Part shown: piece by piece, positions 52,558-60,616 of the stretch
Position numbering within the stretch: the stretch's first letter is position 1
Layout of the letters: each line of letters begins with the position of its first letter
Source of the DNA: a virus
DNA length: 63,275 nt
IMG/VR virus record: IMGVR_UViG_3300045988_139407
Strand: one strand, 5' to 3'
Program-made: the position numbers and the translations under genes
Notes under the pieces: generated by a model
The model's database searches: none
What the model saw: the letters and a program-made list of their open reading frames with translations, nothing else
What the model was told of the DNA's origin: nothing

Positions 52558-52857
52558 TTATTTGGGACACAGATAGTCTTGAACTTGGCAGGCACAGGCT
52601 TCCAGCTCTGATACTTTGTATTCGTGGCGAGTAATTTTGCCATTTCTGCCTCTTGCGAAGTCTTTCACCTTTCCTTCACGTTTCCATCGCTCTACGTTTT
52701 TTCTTCCGTAGATGTCGTATGCCTTGGCTTGTGTGAGGAACGGACGTTTACCCACTGCCTTGCAGACTTCTTCTTTCACAACGTTGCGTATGGCTGACAG
52801 AAATGTATCAAAGGATAGCATCTTATCTGCAAACTGGATTTGTACTACTTCGTTCAT
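52558..52857 (-). CDS. Possible HTH (Xis-like) DNA-binding protein, 99 aa
   Basis: FLTQAKAYDIYGRKNVERWKREGKV resembles an excisionase-type HTH. Confidence 0.35.
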   Translation of the reverse strand: MNEVVQIQFADKMLSFDTFLSAIRNVVKEEVCKAVGKRPFLTQAKAYDIYGRKNVERWKREGKVKDFARGRNGKITRHEYKVSELEACACQVQDYLCPK

Positions 52858-52868
52858 GACTATTGTTT

Positions 52869-53060
52869 TTATTTGGTTCTTGTAACTGTGATGATCTCTT
52901 TCTCCCGGTTGATTTTGGTTCTAAACTTACGACAGTAAATTACACCTAATTCCGAGCAGGTTGTCTTGATCGTTCTCATTCTCTGGATAGGGAAACTGAT
53001 TGATTTACCCAACTCCAGCTCTCTGATCTGAGGTCTGAGTGGTACTTTTTCTTCTGACAT
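52869..53060 (-). CDS. Hypothetical protein, 63 aa
   Basis: ATG at 53060. Confidence 0.45.
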   Translation of the reverse strand: MSEEKVPLRPQIRELELGKSISFPIQRMRTIKTTCSELGVIYCRKFRTKINREKEIITVTRTK

Positions 53061-53078
53061 ATTGCTTGATTTTAATTA

Positions 53079-53660
53079 TTATTTTACTAGTTTGAAATCG
53101 TAAACGAAAACGAGAGGATCGGCATCCCAATGGAGGTGAAGTTTACAGCTAAGCATCTTGTATGCTTCGATTGGAGTTCTGTACCACCTTTTCGGCTTAA
53201 ATCTATCATTTGTGGCATCGTATGAATAGGCATCGTCAATGCCTTCAATGTGGCTACAGTAGATTCCTTCCTTCAGGCAGTCATCGGTGCTGATGTCCTG
53301 TAGCCTTTCACACCGAATGTTGGTAATTATGATTTGATGAGGCATCAAATCAGACTTCACAAACATCTTGTTTGACCATCCTATGGGAACTTCCCTTATG
53401 AATATATCATTGGCAAACGGAATGTCGCAGTATCTTTGTGCGACTGCTACGACTTCACCTATTTTATAAGTGGACTTTGCTACAATCTCATTTCCATCAT
53501 TGATGATGAGCTTGCCTTTGTCTTTTCCTTCCGTACAGAAGCCGCAGCTACGGATATGCTTGAAAGGCTTTTCATAAGCGATTCTTCTGGTCTGAGTCTT
53601 GCGGCCATCTAGAACTGCTTCGGTGAGACCATACTGGTCATTGAACATTATCTTTTTCAT
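53079..53660 (-). CDS. ASCH-domain-like protein, 193 aa
   Basis: The N-terminus MKKIMFNDQYGLTEAVLDGRKTQTRRI matches the ASCH beta-barrel start (...G.KT.T.R). Confidence 0.5.
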   Translation of the reverse strand: MKKIMFNDQYGLTEAVLDGRKTQTRRIAYEKPFKHIRSCGFCTEGKDKGKLIINDGNEIVAKSTYKIGEVVAVAQRYCDIPFANDIFIREVPIGWSNKMFVKSDLMPHQIIITNIRCERLQDISTDDCLKEGIYCSHIEGIDDAYSYDATNDRFKPKRWYRTPIEAYKMLSCKLHLHWDADPLVFVYDFKLVK

Positions 53661-53768
53661 ACGCCTTTGCTTTAAAGCAATCGGGACGATGGGTTATATG
53701 GTACACAATGGAAAGCGACTAATTTTAAATTTTCCTCACTCATCGTTGCCCGATTGAATATTTATGTT

Positions 53769-53776
53769 TATCTTTG
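53769..53776 (+). promoter_or_regulatory. -7 box TATCTTTG on the plus strand inside the early (minus-strand) region
   Basis: Perfect TAnnTTTG match. It is flanked by direct repeats CGACTAATTTTAAA at 53716-53729 and 53780-53793. Confidence 0.4.
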
Positions 53777-53803
53777 CACCGACTAATTTTAAAATTTATA
53801 GAT

Positions 53804-53995
53804 ATGGTACAAAACATTTTTACAATTTGCAAGAAAGTAGCTACAGTTGGCTCATCAATGACCTTTGACTTTAGTGAAGAAGTTTCCAACATCACTAACC
53901 AAGGTTGGGTTATTAAGCAAGTATTTCAAAATACCCTTACATTGAATGGTCACTCTTATATCTCCGTGACCTTGCTAGCAGAGAAGTCTGAATAA
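53804..53995 (+). CDS. Possible 63-aa ORF on the plus strand, convergent with the first early gene
   Basis: ATG at 53804 (MVQNIFTICKKVATVGSS...), 28 nt after the -7 box. Coding status is uncertain. Confidence 0.25.
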   Translation: MVQNIFTICKKVATVGSSMTFDFSEEVSNITNQGWVIKQVFQNTLTLNGHSYISVTLLAEKSE

Positions 53996-54265
53996 CTCCT
54001 TAGCATCCTCTAATGGTTTTGGGAAGGTCCTGTTGTCAGGATGTGTTATACATAGCAGCATCCCTTCCCAATCTATCAGTGGCGCATTGTATATCCATTG
54101 ATAGGCTTCTTCCATTTCCTTGATGTGCGATTTGCCAAAATAGGAGTACAATTCAAACCGTAGCCAGAAACGCTTTACCTGCTTTGCCTTTTCCTCGTCA
54201 ACACCCTTGCTGTTAAGAAGTGTTTCAAGGGCAGCGAAATCGAAAGCTTCATTATATTTTTTCAT
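53975..54265 (-). CDS. First gene of the early leftward operon, 96 aa, unknown function
   Basis: ATG at 54265; divergent from the repressor gene. Confidence 0.55.
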   Translation of the reverse strand: MKKYNEAFDFAALETLLNSKGVDEEKAKQVKRFWLRFELYSYFGKSHIKEMEEAYQWIYNAPLIDWEGMLLCITHPDNRTFPKPLEDAKELFRLLC

Positions 54266-54320
54266 TTTTCTTCAAATTTATTTGGTACTTATCTGTTTAT
54301 TTGCTAATTTTGCACCTGCA
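54261..54320. repeat. Copy A of a roughly 60-bp direct repeat (start codon plus upstream region of the early operon)
   Basis: TTCATTTTTCTTCAAATTTATTTGGTACTTAT is identical in both copies, followed by a diverged tail. On the minus strand it carries TAAATTTG 7 nt before the ATG. Confidence 0.7.
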
Positions 54321-54379
54321 AATCAGATTCATGGAGTCTCCATACTTTTGAAACTTTGTCCATAACAATGGACTATGTT

Positions 54380-54411
54380 AGCCCCCTCACTGCAACGGAG
54401 GGGGCTTTTTT
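54380..54411 (+). terminator. Plus-strand rho-independent terminator in the switch region
   Basis: AGCCCCCTC-(9 nt)-GAGGGGGCT followed by TTTTTT. No T-run follows on the minus strand. Confidence 0.7.
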
Positions 54412-54535
54412 GTTTGCTAATGACCGTTAGCAAACCGCGGAAGGGAGGTGTTGCCAAATCACAGAAGGACAAACATCTTTTATCTTTTATCCATCCTCTG
54501 CTTTTGCTGATTCCGGAAATATTTTATCTTCATTC

Positions 54536-54596
54536 TTCATTTTTCTTCAAATTTATTTGGTACTTATGTATTTATTTACTAACTTTATGCTGCAAA
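54536..54596. repeat. Copy B of the roughly 60-bp direct repeat, 275 bp upstream of copy A
   Basis: Same 32-nt core; here the ATG opens only a 16-codon ORF. Confidence 0.7.
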
Positions 54597-54685
54597 AGTA
54601 ATAAAAATAAATTGAACTGCAATAAGAATGTATTGTATTTTAAGAAATATACAATGTATTTATATTGCCTTAACACTATTTGGAT

Positions 54686-55240
54686 ATGAAAGTGCAATAT
54701 TTTAAGATTAATATCGGACTCGCGATAGAGCAGCGTATTAATGAATTGGGTATTTCAAAGTCTGAATTTGGTCGAAGGATAGGCTTAGCTAGTCAAAACG
54801 TTAAGAAATTCCTCGAAAGAGAGTCTATTGACTCAAGTAAACTTGTAGAGGTCTGTCAAGCTCTAGACTACGATTTCTTTTCTTTGTATGTCGGCAAAAC
54901 ATGTGAGGGCAATACTTCTTTATTGAATGTGAATAGATTAAAGACAATTATTTTGGATAAAGGTTTATCTAATATAAGTTTTGCTTCTTCTATAGGCTTG
55001 TCAAGAAATGAACTTGATGCAGTTTTGACCGGAAGTGATTTGTCTTTAGGACTTGTAGAAAAAATGGCAGAGGTATTGGGAGTCAAACCTGCTGAATTGA
55101 TAAATGGCGCATCTGCTACAGTTGAGGCTGCAGCAAAGGTTGATCAAGCTATGTATGAAGAGTTGATTGCTTTAAGAGCAGAGAATAAGGTGCTGAGGGA
55201 GATCCAGGGCCTTTCGGCAAAAAATCAGGTACATGTATGA
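54686..55240 (+). CDS. CI-like repressor with two XRE-type HTH domains and a C-terminal coiled coil, 184 aa
   Basis: IGLAIEQRINELGISKSEFGRRIGLASQNVKKFLE and LKTIILDKGLSNISFASSIGLSRNELDAVLTG. The first ATG is at 54686 (the track starts at TTG 54680). The gene is divergent from the early operon. Confidence 0.6.
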   Translation: MKVQYFKINIGLAIEQRINELGISKSEFGRRIGLASQNVKKFLERESIDSSKLVEVCQALDYDFFSLYVGKTCEGNTSLLNVNRLKTIILDKGLSNISFASSIGLSRNELDAVLTGSDLSLGLVEKMAEVLGVKPAELINGASATVEAAAKVDQAMYEELIALRAENKVLREIQGLSAKNQVHV

Positions 55241-55252
55241 TAATAAAAATGG

Positions 55253-56047
55253 ATGATTATGAATAACTGGATAAAAAAAATATTAACTCCGTTTGCTTCT
55301 TTTGTAGCCATCTATTCTGTGGTGGCTATATGTACAACGTCTGCCATTTTTTTCTCAGTTAATTACATCGAATACACTTTGTTGTGTTGTGCAGGATATT
55401 TTCTTGGTGCATGTTTTGGCACGAATGTGGCAATAAGTATCTTGAAACCTACTAATGCAAAAGATGCTTATCTTATTTCTGCCCTAAATGTGACAATTCT
55501 AATAATGCTACAATTATTGTGCATGCAAGTATTCTATGATAATTCATCAGAATCATGCTCTTTATATGAGAAGTTGTTTGGTTCTTCCTTACTGGGAACT
55601 ATTTTAGTTTTATACAATTATCGTGTGCCAGGAAACTTGAAAGATGCCCTAATAAAAAATGTGCGTATTGTAGCTGGTTATTTTTACTCATTAGTGATGT
55701 GGGCTTTAGTTTCTTATGCTATCATGCATAATGCTACATTTGTTATACAAAGTGAATGGTGGGTGTTGATCGTCTTTCTGGTGTTGGCATTCGTCTTCTT
55801 TATCTTAGTTGGGTTGTTTCAGTTTCCTTTTCAGCTAATAGTAAAAAATGTAGAGAACGCTAGGGTATTACCTATAATCGTTATTATATATTTTGGTTTC
55901 AACTGTTTAGGTTATACATGGGATATATATTCTAGATCTGGTATATGGGAAACGATAGCAACGTTTGTCTATGATGTTTTTATATGTGTATTGTATGGAA
56001 TAAACATAAAATCAATATATTTATCACATTCTTATAACAAAATATGA
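55253..56047 (+). CDS. Polytopic membrane protein, 264 aa, low-GC moron
   Basis: About 7-8 hydrophobic helices. Hand-counted lines in the gene give about 30-32% GC, versus about 45-47% in structural genes. Confidence 0.6.
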   Translation: MIMNNWIKKILTPFASFVAIYSVVAICTTSAIFFSVNYIEYTLLCCAGYFLGACFGTNVAISILKPTNAKDAYLISALNVTILIMLQLLCMQVFYDNSSESCSLYEKLFGSSLLGTILVLYNYRVPGNLKDALIKNVRIVAGYFYSLVMWALVSYAIMHNATFVIQSEWWVLIVFLVLAFVFFILVGLFQFPFQLIVKNVENARVLPIIVIIYFGFNCLGYTWDIYSRSGIWETIATFVYDVFICVLYGINIKSIYLSHSYNKI

Positions 56048-56059
56048 GATAATAATTAG

Positions 56060-56398
56060 ATGTGTATGAAAGAAAATCAAAATGATATAGACAGAAAGCT
56101 GAGGCTATCAAAGAAGTTCTTTTGTTTTGGTCTAGTGACCTTCTGCATAGGTTTCTTGATGATTGGCTTTGCAATAGGCAGGTTGTCTTCCTCTTCTAGT
56201 AATGCTGAGGCTGATGCCTTCCAAACTGCGGAAACAGCAGGAGGCAACGTGTATGTATCAGACAGTCCAGGTTCTAAGCGGTACCACAAGGACAGAAATT
56301 GCCCAGCTCTTAAGAGAAGTACAGGCAAGATAACTTTTACAGATGAGGCTAGTGCCATTGATCAAGGCAAAACCTTGTGTGGCTGGTGTGGAAAATAG
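56060..56398 (+). CDS. Membrane-anchored protein with a C-terminal Cys/His metal-binding motif, 112 aa
   Basis: N-terminal TM (FFCFGLVTFCIGFLMIGFAIG) followed by VYVSDSPGSKRYHKDRNCPALKRS...ASAIDQGKTLCGWCGK (YH..C...C..C pattern). Confidence 0.55.
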   Translation: MCMKENQNDIDRKLRLSKKFFCFGLVTFCIGFLMIGFAIGRLSSSSSNAEADAFQTAETAGGNVYVSDSPGSKRYHKDRNCPALKRSTGKITFTDEASAIDQGKTLCGWCGK

Positions 56399-56424
56399 AA
56401 AAATAATTAAGTAAATAATAAATC

Positions 56425-56450
56425 GCAACGTGTTGCAAGATAGTTGCGCA
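56425..56450. repeat. GTTGC-type repeats upstream of int (set 1), possible arm-type/attP sites
   Basis: GCAAC-GT-GTTGC inverted pair, then GTTGCAAGATAGTTGCGCA (two GTTGC units 11 bp apart). Confidence 0.35.
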
Positions 56451-56629
56451 TTACATTATAGAGTATTAGTAAATAAAGGGTAATATGATTAAAACGGTGA
56501 TTTTACATCATGGTTTTTGATAAATATCTGAATATCAGCTATATATATCTAATGTGTTGATGTATAAGCACTTATCTTCGTGCTAAAATTTTACGTTTGA
56601 CACGTTAAATAGGACATGTGTAATGTAAT

Positions 56630-56650
56630 GTTGCAAAACAGTTGCAAAAA
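56630..56650. repeat. GTTGC-type repeats upstream of int (set 2)
   Basis: GTTGCAAAACAGTTGCAAAAA (two GTTGC units 11 bp apart), 12 nt before the int ATG. Confidence 0.35.
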
Positions 56651-56661
56651 AATATGGTAAT

Positions 56662-58125
56662 ATGGCAACATTTAAAGTGGTAGTTTCAAAGAAACGTTCT
56701 GATGGTTATTATCCAGTTTACATTAGAATACTGCATAACCGTCAAAAGTTGGTAGTTAAGACCGATAAGTTTGTAACAGACAAAGGATTGGTTAAGGGCA
56801 CGAAAGAGGTGAAGGACTCATTCGTGCTCGCAGCCTGTATGAGCCAAATAAATGGCTGGGTTGACAAATTGAACAGACTTGATATAACTGACTGGTCTGT
56901 TTATAAGGTTAGAGATTACCTTTTGACTTCTGCACAGGATATTTGTTTTTCTGAATTTGCTCGTTCTTATCTTCAATCACTTTCTTTGCAGCCTTCATCA
57001 CGCCAAATTTATGAAAGTGCTTTGAAACATTTGGAAAACTTTGCTGGTACTGATAAGGTAATGTTTTCGCACTTAACTGTACGTTTTCTGACAGCATGGA
57101 TGAAAACCATGGAGAATAAGCCTAGTAGCAGAAATTATTATCCATCTTTGGTTAAGCGTATTTATTTGGAAGGTATCAAGAAATTTAATGATGAGGAGGC
57201 AGGTCTTATGCCAATAAAATTCAATCCTTGGAATAAGATAAAGATAGAGAAGAAAGCAGGCCCACACAAGCGTGCCATCACACTGGAGGAGTGTAGAAAG
57301 TTTTTTGCTGTTACTCCTGAATATCCACGGCAGCAGTTGGCTCTGGATGTTTGCAAGATGATATTGTGCTTGGCTGGCATCAATGTAGCTGACCTCATGA
57401 AAATGAAAAAGGTGGACTATTATGATGGAATCTTGCACTATGAGAGAAAGAAAACAAGTACGCGTCGTTATGATAAAGCGTATATAGAAATGAGAGTGCC
57501 GGATATGCTTTTACCAACCTTGGAGAAATATTTTTCTGAGGAAAGTGACCCTTATCTATTTATTTTTCATAAAATGTATTCCACTAATCGTTCTATGGAT
57601 ACGAATTTGATACATTTTATTAAAGCTATCTGTAAGAACTATTTAAGTATGCCTGATGATAATTTTTATACTCCTTATACATTCCGGCACACTTGGGCCA
57701 CAGTAGCCCAGAATGATATTGGTGCCAACTATGCAGAGATTGGCTTTGCTCTGAATCATGCAACAGCTCATAGGATAACAAGCGGATATGTGAAGCCAGA
57801 TTTCTCTAGGGCTTGGGAACTGAATGAGAAGGTGGTGGAGAAGGTCTTCTTTACCAATGATCCAAGCAGGCGAATGCAGGAGTATCATGTGCCTGAATTT
57901 GAAAACGTAGAGGAAATTTTTGAACTCTGTGCTGATGCATACTTCATGGGCGAGGTTGTGGCTCATGTGGATGGCAAGGGCTATCGGAACACAGATGAGA
58001 TAATAGAGCAGCTCATGGCCAGCATAAATGATACTGTTCCTAAGAACTGCACGATACAGATTAAGGTGAAGAATATCACCAAGGACCAAACGAAGTACTT
58101 TGAACGAGTCAGGGACATAAAATAG
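56662..58125 (+). CDS. int: Tyrosine recombinase / phage integrase, 487 aa
   Basis: Bacteroidales-style N-terminal arm-binding segment (MATFKVVVSKKRSDGYYPVYIRILHNRQK). Catalytic region with YTFRHTWATVA (HxxR) and ALNHATAHRITSGYV (His ... Tyr). Confidence 0.85.
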   Translation: MATFKVVVSKKRSDGYYPVYIRILHNRQKLVVKTDKFVTDKGLVKGTKEVKDSFVLAACMSQINGWVDKLNRLDITDWSVYKVRDYLLTSAQDICFSEFARSYLQSLSLQPSSRQIYESALKHLENFAGTDKVMFSHLTVRFLTAWMKTMENKPSSRNYYPSLVKRIYLEGIKKFNDEEAGLMPIKFNPWNKIKIEKKAGPHKRAITLEECRKFFAVTPEYPRQQLALDVCKMILCLAGINVADLMKMKKVDYYDGILHYERKKTSTRRYDKAYIEMRVPDMLLPTLEKYFSEESDPYLFIFHKMYSTNRSMDTNLIHFIKAICKNYLSMPDDNFYTPYTFRHTWATVAQNDIGANYAEIGFALNHATAHRITSGYVKPDFSRAWELNEKVVEKVFFTNDPSRRMQEYHVPEFENVEEIFELCADAYFMGEVVAHVDGKGYRNTDEIIEQLMASINDTVPKNCTIQIKVKNITKDQTKYFERVRDIK

Positions 58126-58202
58126 CTATTTTGTGTTAATACAGATTAAAATTGACCCAATATAAGTTAAAATAGAGCGTTTTTGCTCGATAACCAAGTC
58201 AA

Positions 58203-58254
58203 GGGTAGACTTCTCTAAAGTTGAAGAAAATTTAGAGAGGGCTACCCATTTTTT
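58203..58254 (+). terminator. Terminator hairpin between int and the convergent gene
   Basis: GGGTAGACTTCTCTAAA-(11 nt)-TTTAGAGAGGGCTACCC followed by ATTTTTT. Confidence 0.55.
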
Positions 58255-58258
58255 ATAA

Positions 58259-58642
58259 TTAGCTATTATTAACAATTTTGAGATTTTTGATGTTGATAGT
58301 GGTTTCTTGTTTCTCAAATTTCTCTTCCAACTGCATGAAAGATTCCTCCACAGATAAGTTTCTGGATTCATCATTATTGAACGATACAGACTGGAGTTTG
58401 GGAGCCACGTATGGAAGGAACTTTGCCACCATCGACAGACGTCCGGCAGGCTCGTCAATCTGCATGAGATCCGTGAAAAGTGAATAGTTCTTCTCATTGA
58501 TACCATTGATGTAGCCAGTAAGGGCATCACGTAGGCTTTCACGCACACTTTTGGTAACCTTATTAGGTGTGCCAGCCTTACGTCCGCCAGTCTTCTTCCT
58601 CTTTGGCTTCGGCTCATTATTATTGTCTTGTTTTACTGCCAT
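58259..58642 (-). CDS. Basic DNA-binding-like protein, 127 aa (function open: small terminase or recombination directionality factor)
   Basis: N-terminus KPKRKKTGGRKAGTPNKVTKSVRE. The alternative overlapping ORF 58126..58617 looks like a shadow. Confidence 0.5.
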   Translation of the reverse strand: MAVKQDNNNEPKPKRKKTGGRKAGTPNKVTKSVRESLRDALTGYINGINEKNYSLFTDLMQIDEPAGRLSMVAKFLPYVAPKLQSVSFNNDESRNLSVEESFMQLEEKFEKQETTINIKNLKIVNNS

Positions 58643-58716
58643 ATTCTATTGATTTTTAATGTTTACTGATAGTTTTCGGGTGCAAATATAGGAAGAAATT
58701 ACGAAACTTGGTGTTC

Positions 58717-58764
58717 AAGTTGCGGAACTTATCACAGATAGGTAAGAAAAACGCATTACTTTTG
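58717..58764 (+). promoter_or_regulatory. Late-type promoter: AAGTTGCGGAACTTATCAC + 21 nt + TACTTTTG
   Basis: 19-mer at 58717-58735 and box at 58757-58764, 27 nt before the ATG at 58792. Confidence 0.6.
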
Positions 58765-58791
58765 AACATTAAACATTAAAATTCGAATTTT

Positions 58792-59295
58792 ATGGGATTA
58801 ATTGGAAGTATTGCTGGTGGACTGACCTCTGCTGTAGGTGGTGCTCTAGCAGCTAAAGCAAGAAACAAGGGATATAATGATTATATCAACATGTTTCAAG
58901 ACCGTATGCAACAGGTGAAGGATCATCGTGACAACTTGTATTATCAGGATCCTACTCAGTCAGCGGAGAATCAGGTAGCCGTGACCAATGCCCAGAAGGT
59001 ATTGGATAATGCAACAGCAACCGCAAAGAACACCAATATTGTTAGTGGCGGTTCTGATGAAGCGGTTGCGCTGAGTAAGCAGGCTGCCCAGGAGCAGGTG
59101 GGTAATATCATGCAGCAGGCGGCCGTACAAGGTGCTCAGACCAAAGAAAATGTGTGGAATACTGCAGATTCGCAGATAGACCAGATGACTAACTACATCG
59201 CCACTGCCAAGAAGGAGAAGGCTCTTTCTACTGCTAAGGGTATCACGGATGCAGCTGGTGGCTTGGCTGGAGCTGCAAGTAAATTGCCAATTTAA
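58792..59295 (+). CDS. Gly-zipper internal virion/ejection protein candidate, 167 aa
   Basis: MGLIGSIAGGLTSAVGGALAA... and C-terminal DAAGGLAGAASKLPI. First gene of the operon that ends with the giant ORF. Confidence 0.45.
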   Translation: MGLIGSIAGGLTSAVGGALAAKARNKGYNDYINMFQDRMQQVKDHRDNLYYQDPTQSAENQVAVTNAQKVLDNATATAKNTNIVSGGSDEAVALSKQAAQEQVGNIMQQAAVQGAQTKENVWNTADSQIDQMTNYIATAKKEKALSTAKGITDAAGGLAGAASKLPI

Positions 59296-59309
59296 GGAAG
59301 GAGGTAATT

Positions 59310-60584
59310 ATGGGATTTATATTGGATGATTTAACTCCTAAGCGCCCGGCTACTGCCGTTATTCCTTTTACTGATTTCCCTGATGATAATGCGGTGAAGC
59401 CGGAGGTTGCAGTACCAGTTCAGACAACTGATACAGAACCGGGAAAGGGTACAGCCATAGATACGACCGGTATTACTGGGAATGGTGGCAAGGAATCTTT
59501 TGCCCAGAAGCCAACCGAGGAAGTTACCAAGGTGGAGCCTAACCAAGGTATCAAGATAGACTGGAGCAGACCTTATGCCGAGATAGAACAGAATCCTATC
59601 TTGCAGAAGATGAAGCCTTATGACATTATGAGGGATTACCAGAAGAATGGTGATGGAAACTGGTCTGCCTTCATGCCTTGGCTTTCTTCACTTGGTGATG
59701 CCGATAAAACTGTGGCTGCAAATGCAGCTCGGCAAAAGAAGGCAGAGAATCAAGCCAAATGGGAACAATGGGGAAATCTTTTTATGCACTTGGGTAACTT
59801 TTTTGGTACAGTTCAAGGTGCTCCATCGCAAAAAATAGAATCTGCACAAGAACTTACTGATCGCCAACGCAAGATAAGAGAGGCTACTGAGGCTCTTCGT
59901 GCCAAGGGATATAACCAAATGATGGTGAATATCTGGAAGGACCGTCAAGACAAGCAAGCACAGATGCAGGCAGAGGCTGCTGCAAAGGCAAATGAGAAAC
60001 TAGCTGAATATCGTGCATCACAGAAGAACCAAACGGATGCTCTCACTCCTGTAAAGGTCGATGAAGTGACTCAATCTGCAAGACAACATTCTACAGCTGC
60101 AGACTTGAATGTTTCAAAGAAGGAGACAGAGAATGCTTTGAGAGGCAAGAAGGGAAAATTACTTGATGCTAAAACTAATAATGCCAATGCCGGAGCTGCT
60201 GATCATAAAGCTAGCGTTAACGTTAAGGGAGCGCAAGTTAGGCATATCAATTCGCAAACAGAGGGACAGAATCAGAGGAATGCCAACCAGAAGGAGGCTG
60301 ATGATTTCAACACCAGGTATGTGAACGACCCTGTTTTTAAGAAACATGTGAATGAATGGGCTACACACAATGGTATGGCTATCGGTGGTAATGCTACAGG
60401 AGAAAGCGCTGGCAGAGGTGGAACTTGGGCTAACGAGAAAAACCGCCAGCAGGCATCCGCTTACGCTAGGGCTAAGATGAAGTTAGACCGGACTCCTCCT
60501 TCTCGTAGAGGTAGGGGTGGCAGTAAAGTACCTCCTTCACGTAGAGGTGGCAGTAAGGTTCCACCTTCAAGGAGAAGAAAGTAA
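59310..60584 (+). CDS. Internal virion/ejection protein candidate with a basic tandem-repeat tail, 424 aa
   Basis: Q/K/A-rich helical core. The C-terminus reads PPSRRGRGGSKV PPSRRGGSKV PPSRRRK (nt 60495-60581). Confidence 0.45.
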   Translation: MGFILDDLTPKRPATAVIPFTDFPDDNAVKPEVAVPVQTTDTEPGKGTAIDTTGITGNGGKESFAQKPTEEVTKVEPNQGIKIDWSRPYAEIEQNPILQKMKPYDIMRDYQKNGDGNWSAFMPWLSSLGDADKTVAANAARQKKAENQAKWEQWGNLFMHLGNFFGTVQGAPSQKIESAQELTDRQRKIREATEALRAKGYNQMMVNIWKDRQDKQAQMQAEAAAKANEKLAEYRASQKNQTDALTPVKVDEVTQSARQHSTAADLNVSKKETENALRGKKGKLLDAKTNNANAGAADHKASVNVKGAQVRHINSQTEGQNQRNANQKEADDFNTRYVNDPVFKKHVNEWATHNGMAIGGNATGESAGRGGTWANEKNRQQASAYARAKMKLDRTPPSRRGRGGSKVPPSRRGGSKVPPSRRRK

Positions 60585-60616
60585 CTTATTATTAATCAAA
60601 AAAATTAAGATAAGGT

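Noticed and set aside
54375-54689. 104-aa plus-strand ORF in the switch region
   Set aside because: It reads straight through a terminator hairpin and the duplicated promoter repeat. The translation is F/L/C/Y-rich, as expected from AT-rich non-coding DNA.
58126-58617. 163-aa minus-strand ORF alternative to 58259..58642
   Set aside because: It extends through the int terminator hairpin and has an S/R/L-rich composition. The 127-aa frame has a typical basic N-terminus and an ATG start.
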